A stretch of DNA of 64,000 bases, from assembly GCF_009914755.1 (NCBI RefSeq), contig NC_060940.1; one strand, written 5' to 3'. Made by a program: the position numbers and the translations under genes. This document shows positions 32,500 to 51,490 of the stretch, one piece after another. How positions within the stretch are numbered: position 1 is the first letter of the stretch; the number at the start of each line of letters is the position of its first letter. The notes under the pieces are model-generated. The model had not been told where the DNA came from. It was given only the letters and a program-made list of their open reading frames with translations, and ran no database searches. Origin of the DNA: the human T2T-CHM13v2.0 reference genome, Homo sapiens.

Positions 32500-33520
32500 C
32501 TCAAAAGTCAACAACAGCAAAATGAACTACCCAATTTAAAAATGGGCAGAACATTCCGAACAGATAACTCATCAAAGAAGATACATCGACGGCAAATAAG
32601 CATATCAGAAGATGTTCACCAAAATATGTCATTAAGGAACTGTAAATTAAAAGAACAATGAGATACTACCACACATACTTTCACCATCTGATCCAGCAAT
32701 CTTCCTCGTTGGTATTTACCCAAATGAGTTAACTTTATATTCACGCGAAAACCTGCACACATATGTTCGCAGTAGCTTTGTTCATAATTGTCAAAACTTA
32801 GAAGCAACCAAAATGCCCTTCGGCAGGTAAATGGATAAACTATGGTAAATCAATACAATAGAATATTATTCAGCACTAAAAAGAAATAAGCTGCCAAATC
32901 AAGAGAGACACAAAGGAACTTTACATGTATATTACTAAGTGGAAGAAGCCAATCTGAAAAGGCTACATAGTGTATGATTCTAACTATATGGCATTCTGGA
33001 ATGGGCAGAACTATGAAGATCGTGAAAAGATCAGAGATTTCCAGGGCTTAGAGGGAGAGAAGGATAAATAGGTAAAGCATAGAAAATTTTTAGGGCAATG
33101 AAACTATTCCTTATTTTTTTTTATGTTTTAGAGTCTCGCTCTTTCTCCCAGGTTAGAGTGCAGTGGCAAGATCTGAGCTCACTGCAGCCTTGACTTCTCA
33201 GGCTCAGGAGATCCCTCCACCATAGCCTCTCGAACAGCTGGGCCCACAGTTGCTAATCTACCACGTCTGGCTAATTTTTGCATTTTTTGTAGAGACAAGG
33301 TTTTGGCATGTTGCCAAGGCTGGCAATACAACTATTCTGTATGATACTAAAATGATAGATACATGTAAATTATAACAAACATACCACTCAAATGCAGGAT
33401 GTTGATAGGGGAAGAAACTGTGTGGTTGTGGGAGCAAAGGGTGAAGAAGAACTCTATACTTTATGCTCAATTTTCCTGTGAACAATCTAAAACTGTTCTA
33501 AATCTGTTTAAAAACAAATA
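32500..33520 (+). mobile_element. L1MC/MD ORF2 end and 3'UTR, interrupted by a reverse AluJ fragment (33113-33323)
   Basis: 'caatttaaaaatgggca', 'gaagccaatctgaaaaggctacata', 'tgctcaattttcctgtgaac'. Confidence 0.8.
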
Positions 33521-34924
33521 AAAAACTTTAAAAAATATATGAATATATTACAGAAGGATATAAATTACCAAAGGTCACCTATACTTCCCATATCCATTGT
33601 TTATATTTTGTTATATTTCCTTTTAGTAGTTGTTATATTTCATTTATATTCATGGAGATGATATCATAGATATTTTGTATTGTACTTGTTCGTGATCTGA
33701 CAAAACACTCATTTTTGTCTTCACAAGCATTGCTTAAGAACAGTAAGATATTCTATGAAACTGATACAATTTACTTCACAATTCACTTCACAATTCATTT
33801 TATTGAATATACACTCCTATGGCACTTAACATATGCTAGGCAGTTTGAATAACTTTAAAAATATTAACTCTCAAACTTTTAAATTTTTATTTTCTTACTT
33901 CAACATTCAGGGGAACAAACATATTAAGTCTTTTAAACTCAAAACAACCTTACAAAGTTGGAAACTGAGGCACTAAACAAGTAAGTACCAAAGGAACTCA
34001 ACTATTAAGTGATAGAGCTTAACCTTTTTGACTACAAAGCTCATACTGTTCATAACCACTATCAATGCTGCCCCTAAGTATGTCTCTTACTATTGAATAT
34101 TTTAGGTTGCTTCTACTTTATCTAACACTATAATAAATGCTACTATGAACATCTTCACTGATAAAATGCTTACATTTCAACAATACCAGAAATATACAAC
34201 ACAACAATAGCCAATAAAGTGAAGACTGCTTATTTCAGTTACTTACCTGTCATATTACCTTTTGTCCTGCTATTGCCAAAGACACCTTTACTTTTGTCTC
34301 CTTCCTCTTCTTTCTGAGCTCTTACCACATTCATAACTTCAAATATCTCTTTTATATGGGCAATGCCCTAATACATTTCTCAAGACAAGAACTCTTGCCA
34401 CTTATAGTCTTTATTCCTGATGGCTAGACAACTTTACCTGATTGTGGTGGTGGGGGGGGTCTCTCAAATTGCTATGTCCTAAGCTATCTCCATCAATTCA
34501 CCCCTCAAACATGCCTTTGCTCTACATTTTCACCATTCTCCCAATCACCAAGCTTAGAAATCTCAATATTTTATTTTTCTTTCTCCCTTTTGTTCCTCTG
34601 ATCTCCAAAAAGTTGGCTTGTCCATTTGTGTGCCCCATTAAAAACATCGATAATGCTCCACTACTTTAAAAAATACATTTCAAACTTGAAGACCTGGAAT
34701 TAATGATCTGAAAAGTCCAACCTTATTCCCCATACTCCTTTACTGAAGCAAAAAAGTAAAGTACCTGCTACTTTTCATGTAAGTTTTATTCTTTGTTCAT
34801 ATATTTCCTGCCTATCGTTAATAGGTACAGGAAGGAGATATAACAATCCAAAATGTGTATCCACCTTTAAAAAAGCATAACAAATATGACCCCAGAAAGT
34901 TTTTTTTTTTTTAAAAAGCCCACA

Positions 34925-35730
34925 AAAAAGAAATTATGTCAAAGAAACACAAGAGACAAATGAAAGCTTTCAAGAGCCAAAGCTGGAAAAATCTGTGCAA
35001 CAAAATTAAGTAGTAATGGATTATAACCCAAAGTATTAAATGAATATACATGAGTCCATACTAACATAAATAAGTGATTGAGTAAGCAAATAAATGGGAG
35101 AGAATAGACAAATCTCTCATGCGGAAAAATTCCAAATAATTTATGTAGATACTCTGCTCTTAAAAAAGTAGAGCATAACTACCTTCTCCCTAAGTGTGCA
35201 CTGTGCATAGTGACTTTCTTCCAAAGAGTCCAATATACAAAGGAGGGAAAAGGGAGTAACTTTACAGCAGAAAAACCTGACAAACACTACCTCAGCCAGG
35301 TGACCGCCCAGTCTAATCACAAAAAAACAAAACAAAAATACCCAGGTAAATCCCAATTGACGGACATTGTATAAAATACTTGATCATTATTCCTCAAAAC
35401 TTTCAAGGTCATCAAAAACAAAGTTTGAGAAAGTGTTACAGCCAAGAAGAAGGAAGCTAAGGAGACACGAGTACTGGAAGTAATATGGGATACCAGATGC
35501 AATCTTGGAATAGAAAAAGGACATGAAGTAAAAACTAAGGAAATCTGAATAAAATACGGACCTTAGTTAATAATAATGAACCAATGAAGGTTCATTAATT
35601 GTAACAAATATACCATACTTACATAAGATGTTAATAGTAGGTGAAACTGCTGTGGGTATATGAGAACTGTCGAACTCTTGGCAGTTTTTTTTTTTAATCT
35701 GAAACTTCTAAAATTAAAAGTTTATTGGAA
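34925..35730 (+). mobile_element. L1MC-type 3'UTR
   Basis: 'ggattataacccaaagtat', 'ggagagaatagacaaatctc', 'ttcattaattgtaacaaatatacca'. Confidence 0.75.
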
Positions 35731-35924
35731 AAAACATATGGTCCCAAAACACTCCTCTTATTGAGAGATGAAGTCTATGGCCCCTCATCTTAAAACTGGG
35801 CAGCTTTGTGACTGTTGAGTTACAGTGACCGAAGTGATGCAATGAAACTAGATAATAAATGCCATGCAGCTTCCAACTGGTGCTCATATGGCTCTCACCT
35901 GTGGAATGCTCTCTCTTGCCACTG

Positions 35925-36295
35925 AATCAACAGGCAAAGAAAGGGTTATTCTACTAAGTTGGATGACTCTTCTTGACTACCAGGAGAAACTGAGCTACTT
36001 AAACAGGATGGGAATAAGGAAAGGTACGCCAGGAATACAGTGGATCCAGGAAGAACCTATGAGCACTGCTATGTCCTAAGTTAACATACCCCTCCCCCTA
36101 CAAACAGCTCAATATAGACAGGACTACTACCAGACCAAATCCTGTAGGAAGGTCTAAGTCATCCCACCAAAAAAGAAACCACAGTGCACACAGGTACTTG
36201 CTGAGGGCAAAGGGAAACTGAGACTGGCAGTAGAAAGTAGTTATAAATACTGGCTACAACCACATGATAAGTTAAGTAAGTGAGGGCTGTAATAG
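35925..36295 (+). mobile_element. ERVL internal fragment (pol 3'/dUTPase-like region)
   Basis: Collinear similarity to HERV-L internal sequence: 'caacaggcaaagaaaggg...gactaccagg...acaggactact...gtacttgctgagggcaaagggaa...gctgtaat'. Confidence 0.65.
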
Positions 36296-36798
36296 CTATG
36301 AGCATAATTTTTTTGATATGAACACATTTGCGCATGTATCTGACTTTATTTTTGTTCTCTCTCTCATCCCAAAACCGTCTAAAATAAGACTAAACATTTT
36401 TTTTTCCCCAAAATCAGAAATAAGGCAAAGATGTAGCCTCTCATCTCTATGAAACATTACACTGGCAGTTCGAGACAGTGCCACAAAACAAAAAATAAAT
36501 TAAAGGCATACATATCTGAAAGAGAGAAGTAAAACATCACAGAAGTTATTGTTAACACAGAAAATTCTAAAAATAAAAAGTTAATAGTGCATTCAGGAAA
36601 GTCATAAAATTTTAGATTAATATACAAAAATTTTAAAAATTAGCAAAAGAAAAAGAATAAAATTTACAGTGTTATCAAGAAATATAAACTACTTATATAT
36701 ATTTTGAATTTACAAATAAATTTAACAAAATATGTACAAGACCTGTAAATGGAAAACTATAAAACATTTCTGAGAGAATTTAAAAATGATACAAATAG

Positions 36799-37102
36799 GG
36801 CTGGGCGAGGTGGCTCACGCCTGTAATCCCAGCACTTTAGGAGGCTGAGGCAGGTGGGTCACAAGGTCAGGAGATCGAAACCATCCTGGCTAACATGGTA
36901 AAACCCCATCTCTACTAAAAATACAAAAAATTAGCCGGGCGTGGTGGCGGGCACCTGTAGTCCCAGCTACTCAGGAAGCTGAGGCAGGAGAATGGCATGA
37001 ACCTGGGAGGTGGTGGTTTCAGTGAGCCAAGATCGTGCCACTGCACTCCAGCCTGGGCAACAGAGCGAGACTCCACCTCAAAAAAAAAAAAAAAAAAAAA
37101 AA
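36799..37102 (+). mobile_element. AluY
   Basis: 'ccatcctggctaac', 'gaatggcatgaacc'; long A tail; TSD ga.acaaat. Confidence 0.92.
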
Positions 37103-37199
37103 GAGACAAATGAAAAGAGATACCATGTTCATAGATTGGAAGAATCATATTTCTTACTGGGAAAAGCAACAATTTATTGGTCTAATACAGATTCAGTAA

Positions 37200-37632
<433 letters not shown>

Positions 37633-37908
37633 TAGACTTATTATACCTAATTGCAAAACAGTATATTATAAGCATAAAGGACATATAAATCAGCAGAACA
37701 GATTAATCAGTCCAGAAATAAAACAACATACATAAGATTGATTTTCAACAAAGGTGTCAAAATAATTCAGAACCTCCTTTAGCATTGTTTATATTGAACA
37801 CCTACAGGCAGAAAATTCTTAGCTTTTATTTATCTAAAAACTCTTTTTACTTGACCTTCATTTTCAAAAGATATTTTTGCTGAATAGAGAATTCAGGTAT
37901 ATTGGGAT

Positions 37909-38442
<534 letters not shown>

Positions 38443-39614
38443 AATTTAGTAAGTTTTCATTCATATGTCTTCAATTTATTTATTTATTTATTTTTGCTCC
38501 CTTTCTCTACCTCTATTTCTGGGACTCCAACTAGATGTATATTAGACATCTTGCTACTGTCCCACATGTAAATGAGTCTCTTCATTTTTCATTCTTTATC
38601 TCTCTTGTCTTCAGATTGTATAATTTCTATTAGTCTGTCTCCAAGTTCACTAACTCTTCTGTTATTCCAATCTGTTTTTAAGCCCATCTATTTTTTTATT
38701 TTCTATTTGAGGTACCCTATTTTTATTTGAGTACCATATTTTTCAATTCTAGAATTCTTTTAACAGTTTCTACTTCTCTGGTGAGATTCCTCATTTTTAA
38801 TTTATTACAAGAATATTTCCCCTTTACATTGTTGAACATATGACATTTGCTTTAAAATTCTTGCCTACTAAATCAATATCTCTTAGGGTCAGCTTCCATT
38901 GATTGCCTTTTCTCTTGTGTATAGATCACATTTTACTGTTTCTTTAGGTGTCTCATTATTTTTGACAGTATTATGGACATGTTGATGTGCTGTGGAGATT
39001 CTGAATTATGTTGTGTTCCTGTGAAGAATGTTGACATTTTTGTTTTAACAAGGAGTTAATTTGGCTGAAGTAGAAAACCCAGTTGTCTTTCCTATGATGG
39101 ATTTCAGTTGAAAGCTCTGTTCACATATTTTAGCTTTAGGTGAATTGCTTGAAAACTGTCAATGGAAATCTATTTCAGGGGTCAGGTGAAGAGAAGGGAG
39201 AGACTATAAACAGAATCCCTCTCTGTGAATCTGTCATTTTCCTACTCACTTTCTAGCTGTGGGGGTTAGCCCAAATCCTGCCCTCTGTATGTTCAGGTTA
39301 GTAAGTCTGTTAATATTCTATTTAAGTTACAGCTGTCTAATGTAGTGTCTACTGGGGTAAAAAAAAAAAAGTTACCATAAGAATGGGAAATTCACCCATT
39401 TCCAAGAGGATATTCTTCCAGTTTCTGCTTGCTTTTGGTTGTTCTCCATTGTATTCAAGTAGTTAAGTTTATATTTTGTTGACAGATTACAGTTGTTAGC
39501 ACAGAAGAGTTGTTCAAATAGGTGATACTCTCTTGTTATCAGAAGCAATAATAATCTCATTAGGAAAGGTAAAAATAGTGCCGGGAGACCTAGATATCCA
39601 CATGGAAAAAATTA

Positions 39615-40103
<489 letters not shown>

Positions 40104-41534
40104 TCATTAAGAAAATGAAAAGGTAAGCTTCAGATTGGGAGAAGATAATCTGAACATACATAATTGGCAAAGAACTTTTATACAGAACACAAAAAGAACT
40201 TTTATACCTCAATAAAAAGACAAACCCATCTAAAAATTGGAAAAATATGTAAACAGACATATCATGAAAGAAGATACCTGAATACACAATAAGCTTATAA
40301 AAAGATATTCAACATCATTAGCCATCAGTAAAGTGCAAATTAAAATCACAGTGAGATAGCAACGAACGCCCTTTACAGTGGCTAAAATTAAAACGATTGA
40401 CAGTTCCAACGATGTGGAGAAATTGCAACTTTCATACATTCCTGAAAATGATATAAAATACTACAACTACGTTGGAAAACAGTTTGGCAGTTTCTTACAA
40501 AGTTGAACATAAAATGATTGTATGATTCAGCAATTCCATCTCCTAAGTATTTTCCCAAAGACTGTAAACAAGTGTTCACAGCAGTTTTATTCATAATTGC
40601 TCCAAACTGGAAATAACTCAAATGTCAAACAATAAATGAATAGATAAACAAACTGTAATCTATAGATAGACCTAGGTATAAAGAAATATCATAATACTGA
40701 TACACAGAAAAATATTAGTAAATATCAAAAACAATACTATGAAAAAGAAGCTGGATGCAAAATAGTACACACTGTTTAGTTTCATTTACATTACATTAGA
40801 GAAAGGTCCAAATTAATCTATAAAATCAAAAAGCACATTAATGATTGCCTAGGGTTGAGGGATAAGGGATAGAAAATGACTGAAGATAGGACAAGAGAAC
40901 TTACTGGGATAAAGAGTGAGAAGGGGAAAACAAGCTGTATCTAAAAAGATACTGACCAAGAATTTTAACAAAGCTGGTAAAAGATAAAAAACCATGGATT
41001 CAACTCACTAAAGGATAAACAATATATATATATTGGAAAAAAATATATGTATAGGCCTATCATTAAAACTACTGAAAATCAAAGACAAAGGGAAAACTTT
41101 CAAAGAAGCCAAGGAGGCAAGTTCTCTTTATTATTTTATCAGACAAAAATAAGTCTGATAGCTAACTTCTCAACAGAAATGATAGAAGCCAAATGACAAT
41201 GGAATTACATCCTCAAAGGGATATGCCAATCCATAAACAGCAAAAATACCCTTCATCAATGACAGTGAAATAAAGACTTTTCTTCAGGCATAAAAAAGAA
41301 TTTGTCATCAACAAATCCACATTAAAATAAATATTAAAGTGCATTATTCAGGCAGAAGGGAAATAATCCCACCAAGGGAAGCTAGAAGACACAGAAAGGA
41401 ATGAAGAGCCACAAAAACGGTAAATCTAAGCAATTATTGGCTGTATAAAATAATAATATTAATGTCTAAAGGCACCAAAAATAGAGAATTAAAATGCACA
41501 GTAGCAAAAAACAAGTGTGAATAAATGAACATAA

Positions 41535-42132
<598 letters not shown>

Positions 42133-42526
42133 AACACAAATATATCCGTGATGATGTTAAGAGGTCTAACTGCAGGCATCTCATTTCTAACCACTGGACT
42201 CTTAAGGACCCCAAGACCTTATCTCTTGAGGCTAATATGACTTTAAAACCCAAGCCTCTTGAACAGTGAGACCTATAACTCTTTCCTATCAGCAGTTTTA
42301 TGAGCCTACAGCTCCCTGATTGTTTCTAGACCCTAGGGATTTCCCTTATTTTTTTAATGCCTCATATGCTATATATAGGTGTTTGTAAGGAATAGCATTT
42401 TTGGTTGTCTTTTTCTCCATATTGCAGGAACAAGAAAACTTATCTTTATTTCCTGAAAAAATAAAACTGTGGGTTTAAAACATTTGAGGATATACTTTTT
42501 AAGTTAAAAAAATTATTTCCAATCCA

Positions 42527-42528
<2 letters not shown>

Positions 42529-42559
<31 letters not shown>

Positions 42560-42837
42560 AGATGGAGTCTCTTTTTGTCACCCAGGTTAGAGTGCATTGG
42601 CACGATCTGGGCTCACTGCAACCCTGCCTCAGTTCAAGCAATTCTCTTGCCTCAGCCTTCTGAGTAGCTGCGACTACAGGCATGCCCCACCATGCCTGGC
42701 TAATTTTTTTTGTTTTTGGTAGAGACGGAGTTTCACCATGTTGGCCAGGCTGGTCTCTAACTCCTGACCTCAAGTGATCCACCCGCCTCGGCCTCCCTAA
42801 GTGCTAGGATGACAGGCATGAGCCACTGCGTCCAGCC
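42529..42837 (-). mobile_element. AluS
   Basis: Reverse dimer; TSD tc.aatccat.tt. Confidence 0.92.
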
Positions 42838-43504
42838 TCTAATCCATTTTTTAAGTGAGAACAAAACTAATAAAATGTAGTAAATGAGTTATTATCTTCA
42901 TAGAATAACTGAGAAATCACATTTTTATTTCTATAGCAGCTACAAGATACTTGTTGCATAAGTTCAACTTCAGAACATGTAATTAAAATATCTACACTGA
43001 CTCTTCCATTATCCAACAGGTCTAAATTCGGAATCTCATATGCTTGTTAATCAGTACTATTTGATGCCTGAATTCTTGTTTTCCTTATTCTCTTGAGACA
43101 GGGTGATTTTTTTTTTCTTTGAGGTGTTAAATTTTGAGGTAGGGGGGTTGGGGGATAGATAAGTCAAGTTTCTAGCAACCTCAATTCCTCATCTCTAAAA
43201 GGGAGATAATAGTACCTAGCACAGAGTGTGGCAAAAGAATCAAATGAGGTAACAGTAAGTTCCAATAAGTGTTAGCTGTTGCTATTATTCCTATTTATTA
43301 TCTTTTCCCAGCAATGATCATTACTTTTGAGAGTATGTCTTAGCAATGGTAACTGTTTTTGAGAGTAAGGTCAAATGCTTGGCATGAGCCACTCTGAGGA
43401 ATGGGTAAGTCGTACCTTGAGGATCACACATAGTAACAAAGGAAACTCCTATAGGGTATGTCTGCCATATGCTGGCTCTACTCTACCAGAGAAACAGGTA
43501 GGCA

Positions 43505-44182
43505 GACAATAACGGATGCTGGCAAGGATGTAGAGAAAGGGGAACCCTCACACACTGTTGGTAGGAAAGTAAATTAGCATAGCTGCTATGGAAAACAGTA
43601 TGGAGGTTGCCAAAAAACTTAAAATAGAATTACCATATGATTTAGCAATTCCGTTACTGGGTATACATCCAAAAGAAAGGAAATCAATATATCAGAGAGA
43701 TATGCAGTTCCATGTTTACTGCAGCACTATTCACAATAGACAAGGTATGGAATCAACCTAACTGTCCATCAATGGATGAATGGATAAAGAAAATGTGATA
43801 TATATACACAATGGAATATTATTCAGCCATCAAAAGGAATGAAATCCTGTCATTTGCAGCAACATAGATGAAACTGGAGGCCATTATGTTAAGTGAAATA
43901 AGCAAAACACCAAAAGACAAGTATCTCATGTTCTCACTCATATGTGGGAGCTTAAAAAGTGAATCTCATGAAAATAGTGAATACATTGCTGGTTACCAGA
44001 GGCCAGGAAGGGAAGGAGGGAGGGGCAAATGAAGAGGAAAAAGAAAATATAAACATATATATTACCCCTGGGCTGTACACTTAAAAATGGTAAAGATGGT
44101 AAATTATATATGTGTATTTTACTTCAATAACAAATGATTTTTAAAAATCATGTTGTATACCTTAAAAAAATAAATAAATAAA
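43505..44182 (+). mobile_element. L1MA 3' end
   Basis: 'gctggcaaggatgtagagaaaggggaaccc...gaaatcctgtcatttgcagcaaca...ttctcactcatatgtgggagc'. Confidence 0.88.
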
Positions 44183-44391
44183 AACAAGTCTTATTCCTTT
44201 CTTCCCCAAAGCTGTCACCAACTACTCTTGGTACTTCTATTTCTTGAGTACTGACTACAGAATAGGGACACACATCCCCCAATGTTGTATTTTGTTCTTT
44301 ATGCCCCACCAAGCAAGCCTAGCAGTCATTTTCATTTTAAGTGTTTTATTACTAATTGCTACAGGGAACTAGGTAGTGCCTAGTGAAGAAG

Positions 44392-45180
<789 letters not shown>

Positions 45181-45746
45181 AGAGAGAATGTCTTTAAATT
45201 TAAGAAGCTATTAAAAGTTCTTATAATCCCTGTCCATGTTCTGTAGGTCTGGGTTTTTGGAAATCCCTTGAGCTTCCTTTGTCCCTCATAGATCTCTGGG
45301 TAATGCTTTTTAAATGATCCTAGACTCCCGAACTCACAGCTCCTAAAAAGCCCTCTGTACAGAAGTTTCTCTTCCCGGGAAACAGGCTTGATGGTATAGT
45401 TAGAATAAATTTCTGTCCTCCTTGAGGACATGGATCAAAGCTTCATAATTCCTTGATACTAGAATGGGGTCTGATATCAATAACATTTTTTATGAACTAG
45501 AAATCATTCAAGTACCTCCTTGTTTCAGCTGTGTAATCTGTTTCTTGGGGGATTTCCTGACTAGGTGATTACCTTAAAACAGAGCCCCCATGCCATGTAA
45601 GAATGATCTCCTTAAGGTTTTTCCTCACACTCCACATCCTTACTGTTTCCTCCCTCTGAGACTATTTTATATCGTTCAAAAATCTCCTAGAAGGCATTGA
45701 TTTGACTTCTGAGAGTAATAACACTTTGCAAAATATGCATTAGTGA

Positions 45747-46229
<483 letters not shown>

Positions 46230-46849
46230 TCAGTTCTACATTTGATGTTGCTACTCTTGTAAGTGAAAAATCTTTATCTTGATGGTTTATCCCTTCCATG
46301 GGATAAATCATCTACTATCATTTTGCTGTGTCCTGCAAATATTCTTATAAAATTATTTGAAATATTCTAAAAATAAAAATAACTTCTGTATATCTATCAC
46401 GCAGTTTAATAAAACACTACCAGTATAGTTGAAACATTCTATGAACACTTCCTTAATAACATTCCCCCTCTCTTTCCCCCACCGACACCAGGTACATGTA
46501 CCATAAATTATCACCACAGCTAATTACCACCTGGAAGCTGATGTTCATGATCCCCATGCATTTTTGATACCTTTACTAAACTATATACTATTCTACATAT
46601 TTCTAAATGCTAATTCTGTATTATATCTGTTACAGATTCTTCTGCAATGTTTTTCCCCTCTAACTATGATTGTGAGATATATCATATTGATACATACTGT
46701 TTGGCTTCATTATTTTAATAGCATCACTTTCATTTTAAGAATATACAACCATTTTTATCATTCTTCTACTGATGGACATTTAGTTTCCATGTTTCTACTA
46801 TTACAAACATTGCTTTTTGAACAGCCCCTTAGATCACAACTAGAGTTAT

Positions 46850-47190
46850 TTTTCTCTTTTTCACAACAGCTTTATTGAGATATAACTTATATATCATAAA
46901 ATTCACCCTTTAAAGTGTACGATCCATAGTTTTGAGAGTATTCATAAAGCTGTGCAACCACCACAACTATCTAATTCCAGACTATTTGCATCATCTCAAA
47001 AAGAAACTCTATACTCATTAGCAGTAATTTTCCATTCTCCCCTGCCCTGGCCCCTATCAACCATTAATCTACTTTCTATCTCTATGGATTTGCCTATTTT
47101 GGAAATTTTTTATAAATAAAATCATACAATATATGACCTTTTGTGACTGGCTTCTTTCACTTAACATGTTTCCAAGGTTCAGCCATGTTG
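46850..47190 (-). mobile_element. L1MB-type 3' end
   Basis: 'cagctttattgagatataa...aaattcaccctttaaagtgtac...tctatggatttgcctatt'. Confidence 0.82.
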
Positions 47191-47329
47191 TAGATGTACA
47201 TTAATTTGATTGTGGTGATGGTTTCATGGGTACATGTCAAAACTTATCAAAGTATACACTTTAAAAATATGAAATTTGTTGTACGTAAATTGTACCTCAA
47301 TAAAACTACCAAATAAAATAGGCAAAACA

Positions 47330-48740
<1,411 letters not shown>

Positions 48741-49559
48741 CAAAAGTGAGGGTGAGGTGGGATGGGGTTGGGGGAGACATTATATACAGGAGAACAAAGA
48801 TAAGAATGACACCAAATATCTAAAAACAACAGCCAGAGGACAATAGAATATTAAAGTGCTAAAAAAAGTCAACCTACAATTATATATCCAGTTTAAAAAT
48901 AAATCTTTCAAAAATGAAAGTTAAATAAAAACATTTTCTAAGAAACAAACACTGACAGAATCCTTCACCTACATGCAGTATTAAATAAATGAAGTTATTC
49001 AAACTGAAGGAAAATTATGAAAATATGGATCTACATAGATGGATGTATTCTATCAAACACTTAACAATGCAATGCCAATCTTATACAAACTTTTTCAAGA
49101 AGTAAAGAATACAACACATCCCAGATCACTTAAAGATGTCAGACACCATTACCCTAATTCTAAAACCAGACAATCAAAATAAAGCAAAACTGAAGACCAA
49201 TCTCCCCAAAATGGCAACCGAACAGTGAAAAAAAATTTAGTTAAAGCCATTCCTCACATCATATATAAAAGCAAATTTCAGGTAAGCTAATGTTCTCATG
49301 TGAAAGATAATGCCTGAGATGGTTAGGAAGAAGATTATGAGATTATATTCAGGTATATGCTGGTAGAATTCACCATAAAATTATTTTAATATAAAACATC
49401 CAAAAAATTAAGGCACACAAACTATTTTCACTCTTCATGTTGATCAAGAATTTTCCTATTTCTTGTTAATTCAAAAAGACTCTGGATGCAATACCTTGTG
49501 AACTTATTTTTTGGTATGCCCCTGTGCTCATATACTACCTTACTACCTTTATCTCTCTG

Positions 49560-49832
49560 TTTTTTGTTTGTTTGTTTTGGAGATAGGCACGATCATTGGC
49601 CACTGCAGCCTGGAATTCCCCGGCCCAAGTGATCCTCCCACCTCAGCCTCCTGAGTAGCTGGGAGCAAGGCGAACACCACCACGGCTGGCTAATTTTAAA
49701 ATTTTTTTGTAGAGATGGGGTCCGACTATCGTCTTGAACTCCTGGGTTGGTCTCGAACTCCTGGGCTGAAGCAGTCTTTCCACCTCAGCCTCCCAAAGTG
49801 TTGGTTGGGATTACAGGCGTGGACCGCCACAC
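49560..49832 (-). mobile_element. AluJ (degenerate)
   Basis: Reverse Alu with deletions. Confidence 0.85.
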
Positions 49833-51260
49833 TTAGAAATGACTTTTCTAATATCCTTAAATCAGAGCTCATGTAAAATTTTCAGCCTTCTCATTCCACC
49901 TCCCTCCGAACTACAAGTCTTAAAACTAAGAAATGACAGCCATTCGGTAGAAGTTAAAACACTGTTTCGCTGCTTATTTCTACTTAAAAAAATTATATAC
50001 ATAGATATATATTATGTAAATATATATAATTATATATATAGACATACGTGTGTGTATATATATAAATAAACGTGTAGAATTGGACTGGGGTCCCACTAAT
50101 ATCCACATTTCAAAACAGAATCTAAAACTCCCTAAAACAGGGTTGGGCTCGGCGGCTCACGCTTGTAATCCCAACCCTTTGGGAGGCTGACACTGGAGAT
50201 CAGTCTGAGCAACAAAGTCAGATCTCTTTTCTACTAAAACAAAATACAACTCTCTAAAACTAATACAAAATTTTGTGTGTATGTGTCATATTCTGGAGAA
50301 AAGCTCCAAGGTTTTCCTCTGGGTCTTAAACAGGACTAAGACCCCCCACCCCCAAAAGAATCTCTGTTCTAGAGGCTAAGCATATAGAAGCTCATACTGC
50401 ATTATCAAACTGGAAAGTTAATAGAGGATTTTCATGGTCATATACAGGAGAGGTGGGGAAAGCTGTCTATTTAGACTGTAAACTCCTAAAATGTTCATAA
50501 ATCTCAATGGAAATTAAATCCACCGGGGTGGGAGAAGTATCACAATAGACAAAGAAGCTAAAGGTTAATGAAGAGAAGGTTTTAATCAGTGGTTACTTTT
50601 GTGCTTGGGATCAATCCTCAGTTTGTCCTCCAACGTAACTTTTGGCATTATTCATTTCAAAGTCTGAACAGTATCCATAAACCCAATACGAAACCTATGG
50701 ATCCAGAGGGTCCGACCGAAAACAAAACAATTATGTTTCCGATGTGAACGCATCAATAGCTTACTTTTGTAGCGCTTTATAAAACGCTGTCACTTGCTGC
50801 TTTCCACGTCATGATATTCCCGGTCGGGAAGAGTAGGACAGCAGCATCTTTTATGAATAAGGAATTTTTTGGATTCAATTTGTGAGGTGTGGGACGCTCA
50901 CCAGGTTGCGCGAAAACCATTTTTCTACATCGTCAAGTGCACGCACCCCGTGTCTCATAGTATTAGTGATGAAGACGAGGATGAAACTACCAAAGACATC
51001 AGTGGGGAGTGAATTATACTTGGGGGAGGTGTAAGCACGTCGAAAGAAGGAAGCTGAGAGACATTTTGTGAAAGAGGGAAGGTAGCGTTAAGAGGAGCCT
51101 TCCATCAGGGGCAACAGAACGGGGGCAGGCGTGGCGTCTCTGGGACTGCCGGAAAACGACGTGAGGGAAAAACTCAGAGGCTACGAATAGGCGAACAGAC
51201 GGAGGGCCTGCCTCAGGGGAGCTAAGCAGCTCGCCTGAAGCCCCCCATCTGGAAATGACG

Positions 51261-51340
51261 TGTTTAACTCGGCGCCCCTGCAGCTCCGGCCGCCCTTTTT
51301 TGTTTAACTCCGCGCCCCTCCAGCTCCGGCCGCCCTTTTC
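51261..51340 (+). repeat. 40-bp tandem duplication (37/40 identical)
   Basis: tgtttaactc(g/c)gcgcccct(g/c)cagctccggccgccctttt, two copies. Confidence 0.95.
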
Positions 51341-51366
51341 GTCGCTCTCCCCTCGCGGTCGCTCAC

Positions 51367-51490
51367 CCCTGAGATCCCTGGTTCCACTGAGACGCTCAGC
51401 TTCATTCGGCAACTCGCGGACACCAAGCGCCACAAATTCAAATACGAGATCTAGAGACGCTGGGTCTCAAACGTCTCCCAGAGTGAAAGA
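51367..51490 (-). other. Putative first exon of a minus-strand transcript (5' end uncertain)
   Basis: Donor GGG|GTGAGC (GT at 51366-51365); alternative donor CTG|GTGAGC with exon end 50902. Confidence 0.4.
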
